A stretch of DNA of 20,000 bases from an uncultured virus (IMG/VR IMGVR_UViG_3300009703_000012) (Duplodnaviria; Heunggongvirae; Uroviricota; Caudoviricetes), in the IMG/VR virus record IMGVR_UViG_3300009703_000012, positions 56,874 through 76,873 of that record; one strand, written 5' to 3'. The number at the start of each line of letters is the position of its first letter. The first letter of the stretch is position 1. Of this stretch, positions 7,952 to 19,100 are shown one piece after another. The position numbers and the translations under genes were made by a program. The notes below the pieces were generated by a model that was not told where the DNA came from, did no database searches, and saw nothing but the letters and a program-made list of their open reading frames with translations.

Positions 7952-8884
7952 TCACTCGTATACACCTGTTGCTTCATTATAATCTACTGGTGGACTATAA
8001 ACTGTTATTGTAGTATTTGCATCAAAATCATCTCCTGGAATAATATATGTATTTGCTCCTCCTTCAGGTATAATTGTAATTTTACTGATTATATTATCCT
8101 GACCGAGTTCAGTTATACTATCCTCAGTTAAGAGAAGACTTCCTGTTTCTAATAGAAATTGATCTTGATCAAAAGGAGTAGAAGTTTCTAACAATAATTC
8201 ATGATTTAGATCAGTAGTATCAGCATCCGCAACTTCTTTAAATGCAACTTCAATTGTTTTAATAATTGATTGACTAGATTTAATATCAGGATATATAAAT
8301 CCTTTCATCATAAAAGATATTGTCCAAATAATTGTTCTTCTGGCAGAAAATTCTCCCTCGTAAGAATCTTCACTCGTTGCACTTTGAACAATGATTGGAA
8401 TATCTATCGAGAGACCCATTTCTGTTATGATATTAACAGTCACATTAAATTCTGGAGTAAAAAACGGAAGAATTTGTTCTAATATCTGAGTACCATCTTC
8501 AGCATTTTCTACAAATGCATATAAAGAAAAATCAAAAATATATGGAGAAGGATTATACATCTTCTTAACATTACGATTTCCATTTATCGTTTCTTTATGT
8601 GTCAATGAGCCTATTGTATTTAATTTTCTAACGGGATCATAAGCCATGCCAGTCATTTCAAATCCCAATCTAGGAAGTTGAATAGCTACTTGTCTATCTA
8701 AACTAGCATCTTGATTTATTCTTGTAAGAAATTTTTGCTTTGGTCCATAAGCTATTGGTACTTTTTGTCGAGATAAAACATTACCGCCCGAGTCCTTTTT
8801 TTCAATATTAATATCATTAAATAGCGTACCAAACAACGCAACATATTTTCTTATTGTTTGATGATAAAAAGTTTGTCCTAACAT
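7952..8884 (-). CDS. g15: Tail sheath stabiliser / tail terminator gp15
   Basis: FYHQTIRKYVALFGTLFNDI, VPIAYGPKQKFL, LPRLGFEM, YDPVRKLN, QILEQILPFFTP, DIPI, DSYEGEF..RRTIIWT motifs; RBS GGAG. Confidence 0.97.
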   Translation of the reverse strand: MLGQTFYHQTIRKYVALFGTLFNDINIEKKDSGGNVLSRQKVPIAYGPKQKFLTRINQDASLDRQVAIQLPRLGFEMTGMAYDPVRKLNTIGSLTHKETINGNRNVKKMYNPSPYIFDFSLYAFVENAEDGTQILEQILPFFTPEFNVTVNIITEMGLSIDIPIIVQSATSEDSYEGEFSARRTIIWTISFMMKGFIYPDIKSSQSIIKTIEVAFKEVADADTTDLNHELLLETSTPFDQDQFLLETGSLLLTEDSITELGQDNIISKITIIPEGGANTYIIPGDDFDANTTITVYSPPVDYNEATGVYE

Positions 8885-8908
8885 AATACTCCATAAAGAT
8901 TGTAATAT

Positions 8909-8916
8909 TATTTAGT
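8909..8916 (-). promoter_or_regulatory. Variant late promoter (ACTAAATA) for g15-g16-ORF-g17
   Basis: TAAATA core on minus strand 24 nt upstream of the g15 ATG, back-to-back with the plus-strand promoter. Confidence 0.55.
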
Positions 8917-8918
8917 TG

Positions 8919-8926
8919 TATAAATA
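8919..8926 (+). promoter_or_regulatory. T4-type late promoter (TATAAATA) for the 116-aa gene
   Basis: Exact consensus on plus strand, 5 nt before ATG at 8932. Confidence 0.8.
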
Positions 8927-8931
8927 GTCTT

Positions 8932-9282
8932 ATGGCACTATCAATAAAAACCCAAGGCGAAAATTTAACAATGTATCAAGGTAGTAACTTTGAAAAAGTT
9001 TTTACTGCTAAAGATGCAAACAATTCAAATGTAACTATAAGTACTGGTACTTGTGCTTCTAAAATGAAAAAGAACCACACAACTACTAATACTTCCTGGA
9101 TAATGTCTTTCACAACGGCAGTATCGGGCAGTAATGTGACCATAACCGCTAATGCTACTCAAACAGCAAATATGTCTTCAGGATTATATGTATATGATGT
9201 TGAATACACCCAATCGGATGAGGTAACAAAGGAAAGAGTAGTTGAGGGAATGATTACAATTCTTCCAGAATCTACAACTTAA
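8932..9282 (+). CDS. Small beta-sandwich protein (BppU-N/LtfC-like), likely virion accessory
   Basis: NLTMYQGSNF...QTANMSSGLYVYDVEY...RVVEGMITILP resembles a widespread phage family (NLxIxQGxxF...GxYVYDV...RVxEGxIxVxP); fills the g14-g15 gap; has own late promoter. Confidence 0.75.
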   Translation: MALSIKTQGENLTMYQGSNFEKVFTAKDANNSNVTISTGTCASKMKKNHTTTNTSWIMSFTTAVSGSNVTITANATQTANMSSGLYVYDVEYTQSDEVTKERVVEGMITILPESTT

Positions 9283-10139
9283 ATATTGCCTTCACTAAAT
9301 GGATTCCCTTCAGAGAAATCAATAATAGAATCTGCTTCAGTTTCAATAGTTATATTATTTGCTGAAGCATCATTAACAAATGTTTGTGTATCAGGTGTAG
9401 TGCCTACTGTATAATATGCACCACTTGTGTTTCCAACTACATTTTGACTTAATGTAAAGGTTCCCCTCAAATCTGTTAGTTTCAATACTCTATCAGTAGA
9501 ATTCCAAGATATTACTCTTCCTTTTGTATTGGCAGAACTTTCAGTACTACCAACAAATACATATTCGTCTTCTACATAATTTCCTGAACCTCCTGAATCA
9601 AGAGTTACTTCTATTGAATAAGCATATTTATCTTCTACTTCATCTATGTCTTCAATACCAGTATCAATTCTTTGATCATCGTATTGAAACAATTCACATG
9701 TTAAATCAAATATTGGTAATTTTCCAAATTGATAAAACATTGATTCGTGTTCAACAAATCTAATTTCATAAAGTTTTTTATTTAATGGGAGAAATATTAC
9801 ATCACCTTCTCTTGGTCTATCATAACCAGTTCCTAAATTTTCCCATCTTCTTCTCGCCACAGAAAAAATAACCTGATCTCTTATTTCTAATCCAAATCTT
9901 GAAATAAAATCACCTTCTCCTTCAAATCCGTCAACAGACTTGACATACATTTCTATTAAATGAGATTGATTAAATTGTGAAATAGTATCTTCTCCATAAA
10001 GAAGATCCTCATTCATATATTGTCTTGGAAGGTAATAGTTGTCTATGCCAAAATTTTTTATCGATTCTATAATTAAATCTTGATGTAAATTTTGTTCTGA
10101 GGCATTTTGTAAGTGATTAAAGTAAGAATTAGTAGGCAT
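9279..10139 (-). CDS. g14: Neck protein gp14
   Basis: EQNLHQDLIIESIKNFG, YYLPR, IEMYVKSVDGFEGEGDFISRFGLEIRD, RPREGDVIFLP, EIRFVEHE..FYQFGK, CELFQY, DFSEGNPF; TAATG overlap with g13. Confidence 0.97.
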   Translation of the reverse strand: MPTNSYFNHLQNASEQNLHQDLIIESIKNFGIDNYYLPRQYMNEDLLYGEDTISQFNQSHLIEMYVKSVDGFEGEGDFISRFGLEIRDQVIFSVARRRWENLGTGYDRPREGDVIFLPLNKKLYEIRFVEHESMFYQFGKLPIFDLTCELFQYDDQRIDTGIEDIDEVEDKYAYSIEVTLDSGGSGNYVEDEYVFVGSTESSANTKGRVISWNSTDRVLKLTDLRGTFTLSQNVVGNTSGAYYTVGTTPDTQTFVNDASANNITIETEADSIIDFSEGNPFSEGNI

Positions 10140-11149
10140 TATCCTGGACCAACCATAAAGTCAACTGGTAATTCGAATTTAAGAGACACTTGTTCTTCTG
10201 TTTCTCTTAATTCTGTTATTGCTTCTTCAAACATTGTTCTTCCATTTAATGTCGTTCCTCCTGGAAGTTGAACTCCTTCATATTTTATTAAATTGGCTCC
10301 CCATTGTCTTTTAAAAAGAGCCGTAACATATTTCTTTAAAAACATATCATTGTATACATCTGTAAATGTTGCGGGTTCAATTATTCTATAACACTCTGCA
10401 ACAACATATTCATCTACTTCAAGATCATCATTATCCCAATCTAAATCTAAATATAATCGATTTTGATGTCTATTAAATCGTAAAGGCTTCTTTCCTACAA
10501 ACATATCATTCAACAATTGTAAATGTTGCATTGACATTTTATAATTTATTATAGAAGTAGCAGTAAGATATGGCATTTCATTTAAATGAAACTGATATCT
10601 AAACGAAAATAAATCACTTGTTGTCTGTCCCCCACCAGTATCTTGTATATCAAAAATACCTGTCACACCAATTATGGAATCACTTAATGTAATATAATGA
10701 TTGTCTACATCACCAAAAGTAACCAATGATGCATCGGTATCGGCTACTGCAGTAGATCCACTTGTACTTCCAGTTATTGTTTCACCATTTGAAAAACTAG
10801 ATGTTACATCATTATTTGAAATATCATCTGTGTCTTTATGACTTTTAAATGTAATAACTGTAGTATTTGAAGAAACTACTTTTGCGGTTGCATTTGATGT
10901 TCCACCAGTTATTTTCTCGCCTACTGTAAAGGCGCCTGTATTTGAAGTAATTTTAACAGTTGAACCTGTAATTCGATGAATGTTATACATTCTTTCAACA
11001 CCATCAAAATGATATTCCTGAAAAAATTGCAAGCCTTCGTCCATTCGATCTTCCAGTTGATCATCTTCTACATTTATTTCAATAACTGGTTTTCCTAAAG
11101 TTCTAAGGCAATATTGTTTTAATTCTTCTCTTGTACTAGGTTTTGCCAT
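10139..11149 (-). CDS. g13: Neck protein gp13 (with inserted beta module)
   Basis: PSTREELKQYCLRTLGKPVIEINVEDDQLEDR, FFQEYHFDG, RFNRHQNRLYLD, YNDMFLKKYVTALFKRQWGANLIKYEGVQLPGGTTLNG motifs. Confidence 0.97.
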   Translation of the reverse strand: MAKPSTREELKQYCLRTLGKPVIEINVEDDQLEDRMDEGLQFFQEYHFDGVERMYNIHRITGSTVKITSNTGAFTVGEKITGGTSNATAKVVSSNTTVITFKSHKDTDDISNNDVTSSFSNGETITGSTSGSTAVADTDASLVTFGDVDNHYITLSDSIIGVTGIFDIQDTGGGQTTSDLFSFRYQFHLNEMPYLTATSIINYKMSMQHLQLLNDMFVGKKPLRFNRHQNRLYLDLDWDNDDLEVDEYVVAECYRIIEPATFTDVYNDMFLKKYVTALFKRQWGANLIKYEGVQLPGGTTLNGRTMFEEAITELRETEEQVSLKFELPVDFMVGPG

Positions 11150-11156
11150 TTTTATC

Positions 11157-12893
11157 TTATGTTCCTGGGTTTACAATTGTTCCGCCTGTATCTCTCACAG
11201 CAAACATGTGAACTGCATCGTTATCTGGAGTTAAAAAAGTATCAACTTCAAGACGACTACACCAAGTTACTCCATTTGCTCTTCCAGCAAAAAAACTACC
11301 TGTTGAATTTGCAAATTCAACAACTTTTGTTCCTCCTGTGCTAGAATTTCCTTGAACATATAGGGTGACACCTGTTGAATTAATTGCATCTGATTGGAAA
11401 TGACCCAAGTTTGTAGAATGAGCATTTGTTGCCCATACATTTAATCCTGGATTAGTATTTTGGTTTTGTATAACAGAAATACCTGTTCCACCATCTGTTG
11501 TAATTTTTAATCCCGTTGATCCAGTAGCACCTGTTGTATTTTGTACTATATCAAGAATTGCTCTAGCATTTGTTGAACTATTATTGTCTGTAAGATGTAT
11601 TAAAGAACCATTAGCATCATTAGAATCACCAGTTCCTAATCCACGATGTATTGAAATCACATGACCAGTAGTAAATGCATCGGCATTAATTTCAAAAACA
11701 TTTGCAGTTGTTTGTGCCGCATCAATTGAGACACCTATTTGATCCACATCATTTGAATCTAGAAAAATTCCTGCTGTTCCATCAGATGATCCAACATTTA
11801 CATGGAATTTTCCTGTTTGAGTTCCTAATGTATCTCCACCAGCAACTTGCATATAACCACCATACTCATTTCCAAGTTCAACTGTATTTGCACCACCTGT
11901 GACTATATACATACTATCTAAAAGATGATTATATACAATTCCTCCAATATCTGCATCAGCAGAATCACCAAACATAATATGTGCATTAGACTCAACATCA
12001 GATAAAAATGTCATTCCTACATCATTTTCATTTTCTAATACTAATTCATCAGCAGTTGATACGGCGGCAGTAGGATTTGTTGTTCCTGCATCTGCAAAAT
12101 CTGATCTTATATGCAGTCTTCCTTTAGATGAAGATGGTGCAAGTGGAGCAGTGGTATATTCTGGAAAATCACCAATAGCCACATTAGCAGTAGCTACATC
12201 TGCTCCAAAGATAGCCCCAACATTAGCTACAAAAGCTGATGCAGTATTAACAGATATATTTGCAGAATGTGTATAACCACCAACCGAATATGCATTATTA
12301 AATGTTCCATTAGCAAATGTTGCTCCAGTAAGTATGTGCGGACCCGCCGCGGATATTGTAATAATCTTTGCACCACTATCATCTGTGATATTTACATTTG
12401 CATCATTAATCGTTCCACCATCAATTGTAACTAAAGAAACTGTTCCTAAATCTGCAATAGTTGCTCCAGTAAGAGTAATTGTAGATGAACCATTTGCATT
12501 TAGATTTTTACCATTTAAATTAATTTCAACTTCATTAATTTGACATCTTTCAATCTTACTATCAGGACTAGCACCAGTTACAGTTGCTCCAGCGGTTTCA
12601 ACTAACGCAAATTTTTCAACTGTTCCTAAATCTGTAGTTGTTGCTCCAGTAAAATCTACAGTACCACCTGAAAATAATAATTTAGAACCAGTTACATTTG
12701 CACCTGTAACAATATTTGATGTTATCGTATTGATTGAAAGTCCACCTACAGAATTTGAAGAAAGTAAAGCAGTTGATGGATCATCATCCGACTGTTCATT
12801 TAATACTGTAATAATTTGATTTGTTTTTGAACGCCATTGTTCAAACGTATTAACTAATTCTACATCAGTAATACTACTATCAGATATTGCCAT
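11157..12893 (-). CDS. Putative fibre / whisker-like virion protein (578 aa)
   Basis: N-term NTFEQWRSKTN attachment-type motif; Gly/Thr/Ala/Asn-rich beta-repeat composition; ADELVLEN..GMTFLS...IMFGD...GGIVYNH fibre-type block; immediately upstream of g13 where T4 has wac. Confidence 0.65.
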   Translation of the reverse strand: MAISDSSITDVELVNTFEQWRSKTNQIITVLNEQSDDDPSTALLSSNSVGGLSINTITSNIVTGANVTGSKLLFSGGTVDFTGATTTDLGTVEKFALVETAGATVTGASPDSKIERCQINEVEINLNGKNLNANGSSTITLTGATIADLGTVSLVTIDGGTINDANVNITDDSGAKIITISAAGPHILTGATFANGTFNNAYSVGGYTHSANISVNTASAFVANVGAIFGADVATANVAIGDFPEYTTAPLAPSSSKGRLHIRSDFADAGTTNPTAAVSTADELVLENENDVGMTFLSDVESNAHIMFGDSADADIGGIVYNHLLDSMYIVTGGANTVELGNEYGGYMQVAGGDTLGTQTGKFHVNVGSSDGTAGIFLDSNDVDQIGVSIDAAQTTANVFEINADAFTTGHVISIHRGLGTGDSNDANGSLIHLTDNNSSTNARAILDIVQNTTGATGSTGLKITTDGGTGISVIQNQNTNPGLNVWATNAHSTNLGHFQSDAINSTGVTLYVQGNSSTGGTKVVEFANSTGSFFAGRANGVTWCSRLEVDTFLTPDNDAVHMFAVRDTGGTIVNPGT

Positions 12894-13110
12894 CTTTGTC
12901 CTTACTTAACAATTCTAAAATTTTATTAATATCATTTTTAATATTATTAACATCTGTTCTTAAGGTATTTATTTCATTTTCATTAGTTTTTATTAGACTG
13001 GTTTGTGATACTTTTTGTCTATGTTTTAATAAAGCCTTTTGATCAGTTGCAATAATTGCATTAGATAATGTGTCTCTATGATATCTTGGATTATCTGTTT
13101 TTACTATCAA
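12880..13110 (-). CDS. Small hypothetical protein with C-terminal coiled coil
   Basis: TTG start overlapping upstream TGA (TTGA); RDTLSNAII motif then heptads EINTLRTDVNNIKNDINKILELL; fills the gap between two structural genes. Confidence 0.75.
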   Translation of the reverse strand: MIVKTDNPRYHRDTLSNAIIATDQKALLKHRQKVSQTSLIKTNENEINTLRTDVNNIKNDINKILELLSKDKDGNI

Positions 13111-16100
13111 GGAGTTCCTTCACTATCAAGAGCAATTGCCCGTAAATTAGCTATTTTAGGAATTCCTATAAAAGAATCCTGTGATACTCTATCTAAAGTC
13201 ATGACTAATTTAATAGCAAATGTTCTAAATCTTTCAAATGTTCCTCCACCACCAGAAATATAAGTAATTTTTTCATCAAATGTATTAAATTGAAATCGTT
13301 TAAAATCATTTTCATTTATAGAATAAGTAGTATCTGCAGTTTTTTGATACATAAGAACCCAAGGTTTTTCATCAAATGGTTCTGCATCTTCACCAGAAAG
13401 AACTTTATAATAAGCATGTATATTAGCTCCTCTTGGTTTATATGCATCCATGTATAATTTAATATCCATTGCATCAAATCCTTCTTCTAGAGTAACCCTT
13501 CTTGAAATATATCTAGCGGTTAAATTTCCCCCAGAAGAAAATGATACTACATTTGTTGTTTGTATATTTGCTGTATTATTAGCTCCCTCACCAACAACGC
13601 TAATAGAAGCGGCTGTTGTCATTCGTACATTATCAGCGGAAGAAACAGATCCTCCAGTATCCCAATTAGTAATTGAAGGAGTAGAAATATATCCTGAACC
13701 ACCACTTTTAACAACTACTTGATTAATAATACCATTTGCATGAACATTAGCGGCTAATGTTGCAGTATTTGCACCAATATCAGGAGCAGATACTACAAAC
13801 ACGCTTGTATTACCATCTGAGGCCGCATTGCTTGTTGCACTACCTACTTCAGCTAGATAGTAACCTGTTCCAGTATTAGATAAAACAATATCAGAATTTG
13901 ACAAACTTCCATTATTAATGAGATTTTCAATACTAATAATACCAGTTCTTTGCTCATCAATTACTGGAGTTATTAAACTATTTGCAGTTTCAAAATATGC
14001 ATTAATTGTAAAACTATTATTTGCAACTTGTGGATATGTAATTTGCTTTTGTTTTTTGAAATCAATATTTTTATTTTCTTTAAATCTTACATTAGACCCT
14101 TTTGTTGCCCCCGCTAAATCTGTTGTATAATAATCAAAACTCGTATAAGTGTTTGCAAAATTAAATGAATCTGTTACTACTTTAAATGCATCCATAGTTG
14201 TATTCGAACTTGCATTTCCACTTGAAATATCAGAATTATCTAATCTAGCATATGCATTAGATGATATAAATTCACATCTATTTAATTGAAACATTAAACC
14301 TTGATCTAGCACCTCTTGCCAATTTCCTACATTCGAAGGTTTGAAAAAACTTCCAACATAAGGCTGTTTTGTTATTTTTCTAGAAGTTCCTGTATGATAA
14401 GCACCATATTCAAATCCATAAAGTTTGTAAGAACTACTATTAGTTAAAACACAAATTGCATATTCATCAGGAGAAAGAAAAATAGGATGATCAAATTTAA
14501 ACATTGTTCTTGACCCAACATCTGTAGCACTCTTATTTGCAGTATCAGAATTGCCCAAAAAGCCAGCAGGAAATCCTCCGCTAGTATTCGCAATTGGCGT
14601 ACTTGTATTTGCAGTAATTCTTCCAGGAGTTAAAACAACTTCACTTCCTGGTATAATTAATGATGTGCTTGGTATTCCGTTGACCAAAGGTCTTAATTGT
14701 AAAGTTACAGGAGTCCTATTTCCTACTGATACATCTTTTCCATTAAAAAATAAAGTTAAAGAATCAACAAAAATTCCCGCAGGATATTGATTTTTATCAA
14801 TTGAAAAAGTTTGCGCCATCGGATTCATAAAATCAGTAGATTTTGATTGTCTACCATCAGAAGTTGATCTTGTAACTCTTTCTTCTTTAATATTTTCTCG
14901 TCTGGAAATAAAAGGTCTAATAGAAACAAGACCCAATTCAGTTTTAGTATCAAGCACTCCTGTAGAATGAAAAATTTCTTCTGCAACTGATGTTGTAACT
15001 GAAGAAATATTGTCTGGTTCATCTGTTAATCTAAAAAGATTTTGATTTCCTGTAAATGTATCTGCAGGCACATTAAAAACTCCTCCAACAACACCCTCAG
15101 AAGATACTGTTAGCAATGTATCTTCAATACCATAATGTGTAATTGCAGAAATAGCTCCATTTGCTTTAGTAAAATCTCCTTGAATTACTGATCCAATACT
15201 AAAAGCAGTTTGGGCAGATAAATCTGTAAGTAAAACAGTACAACTATTTTGACTATTTCTGTCACTCATGTAAATAATCTTAGCAGTATTACTAGCATTT
15301 GATCCTGAACCTTGAATTGTAGTTTGTTCAAAATTTCCTGATGTTGTTCGAAATACATTAGATGTACTTACATTTGATAAAGTTGCAACACATGCTTGTT
15401 TTACATTAGATGTCACATTTAAATCACCAAAATAAGCATAAACATTTTTATTTGGTTTTAATCCTTTAGCAATAAAAGTTATTGATTGTTGTCTTACTTT
15501 TGGAACTACACTCAAATTAACTGTTTTATTTCCAACAGTTTTAATAATTTTTTCTGGTACACTTCCCGAACTTAGTCCAGTTAATGTTTTATTTTGTTCC
15601 GTTGTTTTTGCTTTTCTATTATTATTTGATATGTCTCCAGTATCTCTAACACCTTCTTTAACATCATTATTGATTTGAGATCCAGACCAAATTTCTTCCC
15701 AATCGTTCCAATGAGTACCATGTCCCTTATTTGTTAAAATACCCGAAACCCAATTATCATATTGTCCTTCAATATTAACTTTTACTTGTACTTGATTGCT
15801 TTGATCATACCACATATCACCATATGGATCTAATTTCATTTGACCCATATAATTCTGAACAGAAAAAGGATTTATTTGAAAAGTTTTTTGAGTATTTTTA
15901 CTATCATTTGATCCTGTAAGAGGCATTGATATAAATGAATTTGCCGCAAATGGAAGAGTTAATACACCTGAATTATTAACTAATGTTGAAAAAGCCTGAC
16001 CAGAATCACTATTAGCATTAAAATTTAATGGATGTAAATCAGTACTAAAAGACGGTCTTAATATTTTTTTATCATAATCAATTGATGCATTAAAATCATC

Positions 16101-19100
16101 GTTAAAAACATCTCCAATATTATGTCCTGCAAATGGATCTACAAGAATTCCATTTTTAAATCGGTCACTACCATTTGCATCAGTAATGATTAATCCATCA
16201 GCTTCTTTTTCTAGCAAACTAAGAGAAACATAATATTCAAGATTTTCAATTCTTCTTTCAAGTTTACCAACATCTCTCATTGTAAATCTTTTATTATCAA
16301 CATAATTTACTTTTACATCATCTGCATTAAAAGTATATGCAGGAATTTCAAGATTATACAATGTCATAGAATCATCATCATCTGCAGGTAATTGAGGAAA
16401 TTTATCTGATACTCCTTCAATTATATCAAATGTTCTATCTCTATTTAATACAATCTTATCTTTTCTTGAAATATAATAACTATAATCTGTATCAAATGTA
16501 TAATCATAATCAGGCATTGCTTTTTCATTAAATACATTTGCTGTTGCTGTAATATCATTAGTTTGAGAGTTAGTTCCATCAGATGTTTCATAACCTAATC
16601 TTTTAGGTCTAAAATCAATCATATCTCTTAATTCAACTTTTGCTCCAGTAATTGGACTTGTAAACGATGGAATATCTGCATACGCAGTATTTCCAGAACC
16701 AGACCAAACATAAGAATCAACTGTAAATGGACCATAACCAGTATGATTATAATAATCAACTATTGCTATTACTTGTCCAGTTGGTCTATCTTCTCCAGGT
16801 TTTAAAGTTATAGTTCCATAATCATAATAATTGTCTTTTTGTCCATTATCAAATATAAAATTACTTGTAATGTTATGAGCATTTGCAGTATCAGCCAAAG
16901 CCGCTGTCATCATAGCAGTTGTAACTTCAGATGTTACATCTAAAGAAGTTACAACAGCAACTAATTTTTTAATATCTGCTACTTTTAAACTATTAGCTAC
17001 TTTAGGTTCTGCATTTATTGTTTTTCCAAAATAAATTTGTCCAGAATCTGCCTGAATCGTATTTGATGAACCAGAAGTTACATTAGCAACTGTAGTGTTT
17101 CCTACTACTAAAGTTTTTGTTCCAATACCACCATTCGTTCTTGTTGCTCCTGCCGCTTTATACATCATTGTAGCAATAACATGTATTGTATTACCTGTAT
17201 AATCTCTTGCACCTGCTGTATCTGATTCTACATTAATTGTTAATTGGTCTCCATCCTCATTTAATGAAATATATCTACCGTCTCCTAATGAAGATCCAGA
17301 AGTATTACTAAATTCAATATATTCGCCCCCACCATCACCAGGAACAAAAACTAGATAATTAGCATCTGCAACCGCCGCAGAAACATTTCCTGCTCCAGTT
17401 GCTGGATAAAATAATTCTCCTCCTTCTGTGGCCGTAATAGCAACAGAATTACCAGTAAGTGCGGCCGTAAATGATCTTTTTAATTTATAAGATGCTTTTG
17501 TTAGGCCCGCAACGGTTTTATTTTGATAAGGAAACAATAGTGATCTTTGATCATCATTATTATCAAAGATAACAGTATTTCCACTTTCCGTTAAATCGTT
17601 TTTACCACTAATATCAATATTCATTGCTTTATCAAAAGTGGTAGTTGTTGTTTGAACAGCAGAACGAATATCTTTAATTCCAAAAGTCAAAGTATAAGTA
17701 GAAGTAGATTGAGTTGCTTGTGTTAATGAACTATCTAATTGTGCATGATATGCGGCCGCTTGTGCTGAACCATCTGCATTTAAATCGAATCCCATAGCGG
17801 CTTGAGAATTTGCACCTGTCCAAGCAATTATATCTCTAGTATCAGAAGTATTTACACCCAAATATGATGTATTAACAGTTATAGTTGCACCATACAAACA
17901 ATTGACTGTAGGGAAAGAATTAGCTCCTGATGTCGGTAAACTAATAATTGTATCATTAGCGGCAACAGCACCCGCAACTGTTCCCGTAGTTTTGTCAAAT
18001 CTAAAATCAAATAAATGAGCATCATATATTGCAGGAAATTTTATATGATATGTACCATTAGCATCGGCTCCACCACCATATTCATCAGTTACGGTAGATG
18101 ATCTTCCTTCTCTAAAATCAAGCTGTCTTAATCGTACTGTACCTATTTTTGTGTTTGCTATGGTTGCGGCTGAAGTATTATCAATACCAACTTTACCAAT
18201 TGCTCCATTTGAATTCCATATAATTTTTTCACTTGCTGTTACTGTCCCATGCAATTGTGTAGTCGATGGCCACTTAACCATATGTAAATCTAATAAATCA
18301 GCACCCGTTCCTCCAGATGTTGAATTAATAGTTGCAGAATTTACTCCCAAAGAAAAAGCAGTATTAGAAATAACATCTGATACTTTTGCATATGGCCCAA
18401 ATTCAACTCCTTGTTTTTCTGCGGAAACTGATTCTGTACTTCTTGCTTTATTTAAATTTACATATGTTGGAGTCATAGTTTCATGTTCAAACCCCTTAAT
18501 ATATGCTTTTCCTGGACTTAATTCTGCAGATAATTTTGTAGAAACACCTATTTTTTGATTATTGCTTCCATCACCTAAAGCAGTTCCAGTTGTTAATGTT
18601 AAAGTTGTTCCATTTGTGATTGATGAAACTTCACCAGTTTTTGAAGTATTTCCTGAAAAGAATATAGTATCACCAACATTAACATCTGCTATAAAGTTTG
18701 CGCCATTAGCAGTAATAGTTGTGCTTGTATTTGTCGTTGTTCTTTCACCCGCAGTTCCTTGAATCTTATGATTCATAACATCAAGGGAAAATGGTCTAAC
18801 TGTAAAATCTCCAGAAGCATCAAATGTTCGTCTTGCTAAAGTTTTTTCTATATTTCCCATAATAGGAAATTTTACTTCTTCAATCTTTTCACCATTTTCT
18901 AATCTTAATAATTCAATAAAATCAGAATCAGAAGTTCTAGCAATTGGATCAACTACTCCTGTTACATATACAGGTGTTCCAGTAGCAGGTGTTGATGGTT
19001 TACCTTGTATTAGATAAGAAAATGTTGTAGTGGATCCTACTGCTGAAACTGAATATTTTCCATTATAATCTGCTTCAGTTATACCAGATACAACTATGAC

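Noticed and set aside
5475..9763. Plus-strand ORFs 5475-5762, 8270-8482 and 9524-9763
   Set aside because: Fully inside g17, g15 and g14 on the opposite strand; no independent support.
13103..13130. 9-nt direct repeat ACTATCAAG flanking a tiny AAGGA/TCCTT palindrome at the gene junction
   Set aside because: Too short, with a 2-nt loop; cannot be distinguished from chance.
11159..18762. Short ORFs within the 578-aa and 2294-aa genes (including minus-strand 14825-15022)
   Set aside because: Shadow or alternate frames expected from codon bias of long genes.
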